DNA of 64,000 nt from Zancudomyces culisetae HAW-14-8. Its lineage: Eukaryota > Fungi > Kickxellomycota. Positions 62,507-64,000 of this stretch are shown one piece after another. The notes below the pieces were generated by a model, which worked only from the letters and a program-made list of their open reading frames with translations, made no database searches and was not told the DNA's origin. Numbering within the stretch: the stretch's first letter is position 1; every line of letters begins with the position of its first letter. Location of the stretch: the NCBI GenBank assembly GCA_052426225.1, contig JBNJNM010000008.1, positions 62,001-126,000 on the forward strand. The letters run 5' to 3'. The translations under genes and the position numbers were made by a program.

Positions 62507-63229
62507 ATCTGTAACCTACTTATTCCAAGTATATTTGCATTTTTCATTATGTTTAGCCATATTTAACATAAATAAAATACAACTCGATTTGTTTTTATGT
62601 GCGTTTATAATCCTTAATTCACAGCTTTCAGAAGATACCAATTATCCCTGAACATACCAAACCCAGCATTCGCTTAAAGCTACAAGTTTACTCACTTTTC
62701 TTGTATAACCTGTATAAATACCTCGGAAATGAAATAACATAATATCAAATAAGCCTTTTTATAGCCTCCATATTTATACTTTTGATTAAAATACAATACA
62801 TCTCATACACGATTAAATTTGATTTCATAAAAGATATGTTTTTTGTACTCAACTCATTCTTTCTACGATAAACCCCAAACATCTATATATTTAGGTAGAT
62901 AAACAATTCAAACTTATTGCACAGTATTTCTCAGGTATAAAGGCAGGTGTAATTAACCAGTATTAAAAAAAAGATATGTCAGTTTGGTAATATACAAGAT
63001 TCTAAAACATTTTCTTTATTGAAAATAAAATGAAATGTGCATTCTAGATAATCCCTGATAAGAACAAAATCGCTATAGTCATCAAGGGGCTGGTAGGGGG
63101 ATTTAGCATAAATGTTTTGCTTTGTTTTTGGATTTTAAAGGCGTTTATTTAGTTAGCATATAAAGATATAAAAGATATAAAAAATTAAAACACATAAAAC
63201 ATATAGAACGTATAAAGCATATAAAACAA

Positions 63230-64000
63230 CTAATCTACACGTATTATTTCCTGGGAGGATTCCGTAGTGTCAATACTATAATCATCTTCTGTAACCTCTG
63301 AATTGTTCGGGGTTATGTTACAGACCAAGTACGTATTCGTACTATATAGTATTACCCTTCTTAAAAGCTCCAAAATATAATACGAAAAATTTCTCGCATC
63401 AGGACTTTCGATCAAATCTAGTTCATTCTCAAACAACACAAGTTTTGTTACCAGATTCGGTAAGTCGTGTGTAGCGTTCTCTCCCTTTTCATGGTTCTTT
63501 AGATTTTGTATTATCTTTGTCTCTATCTCCTCATTAAAGGTCGCCTTGTAAATACAAGGTGTTAGTCCTTGAAAAAGGATTCCGTATACAGTAACATCAT
63601 TGGATTCTTCTGTGCGGAGAGACTTGCTATTTTTAAGGTGGCTTAAGTACAAAGAAAACATCTCTCCGACCAACTGCGCTTCGCCGTTGGAACCTCCAGT
63701 ACTTCTGTCTACCTTGTTTTCAATTGCGATGTTACAATAAAATCCAAACTCGTTATATATCGCCACATCAATTTCGGATACAATATGAATTTCAGAATCA
63801 TCTATTTTTAGATATAGCTGTGCTATACTTAGCTCAGCGCCGTTATTAAATCTGAAGATATCCTGTATGTTTTGTACATAGCTATTTACTACAGACTCAT
63901 AAAGTTCATTATCTCTCATGCTCCTTAATGTTGGATTTATAGCTCGGTATAAATCACTGTTACCAAATTGATTCATCAACCCTGTTATTCCTTCTTTACT
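63230..64000 (-). CDS. 5'-truncated protein with a PD-(D/E)XK (REase-like) domain, resembling Crinkler-type effector C-termini
   Basis: The frame is open to the window edge. Motif series SEIDVAI...IAIENK...EAQLVGEMF...VYGILFQG. Confidence 0.55.
   Translation of the reverse strand, partial: SKEGITGLMNQFGNSDLYRAINPTLRSMRDNELYESVVNSYVQNIQDIFRFNNGAELSIAQLYLKIDDSEIHIVSEIDVAIYNEFGFYCNIAIENKVDRSTGGSNGEAQLVGEMFSLYLSHLKNSKSLRTEESNDVTVYGILFQGLTPCIYKATFNEEIETKIIQNLKNHEKGENATHDLPNLVTKLVLFENELDLIESPDARNFSYYILELLRRVILYSTNTYLVCNITPNNSEVTEDDYSIDTTESSQEIIRVD

Overview
Eukaryotic, AT-rich fungal genomic DNA with GT-AG introns, CTAAC-type branch sites and AAAATG start contexts. The gene repertoire suggests an early-diverging zygomycete, probably Zoopagomycota/Kickxellomycotina such as the Harpellales insect-gut fungi; this taxonomy is inference. 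The window has two compartments. (1) About 1-27 kb is gene-sparse and holds intronless secreted-protein genes: an AA11-like LPMO, two paralogous cationic Cys-containing proteins, a symmetric His/Arg/Gly-Tyr-Val/Ala block protein, a Kex2-type multi-peptide precursor with Tyr/Gly/Trp-rich cores and a catalytically dead trypsin. It also has a fungal-TF-like gene and a probable LINE relic. (2) About 27-60 kb is gene-dense housekeeping DNA: a small CCHC zinc-finger ORF, VAP/Scs2, a Rho1-like GTPase, a MYST acetyltransferase with a GC-AG intron, UFD2, QNS1 and a 3811-aa single-exon membrane protein. The window ends with a secreted single-domain thioredoxin and a truncated PD-(D/E)XK/Crinkler-like ORF. 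The best novelty candidate is the secreted Tyr-rich and His-rich peptide set, which resembles a wet-adhesive/holdfast or antimicrobial peptide toolkit. Many short ORF-track entries use TTG/GTG starts or are antisense shadows and were ignored.
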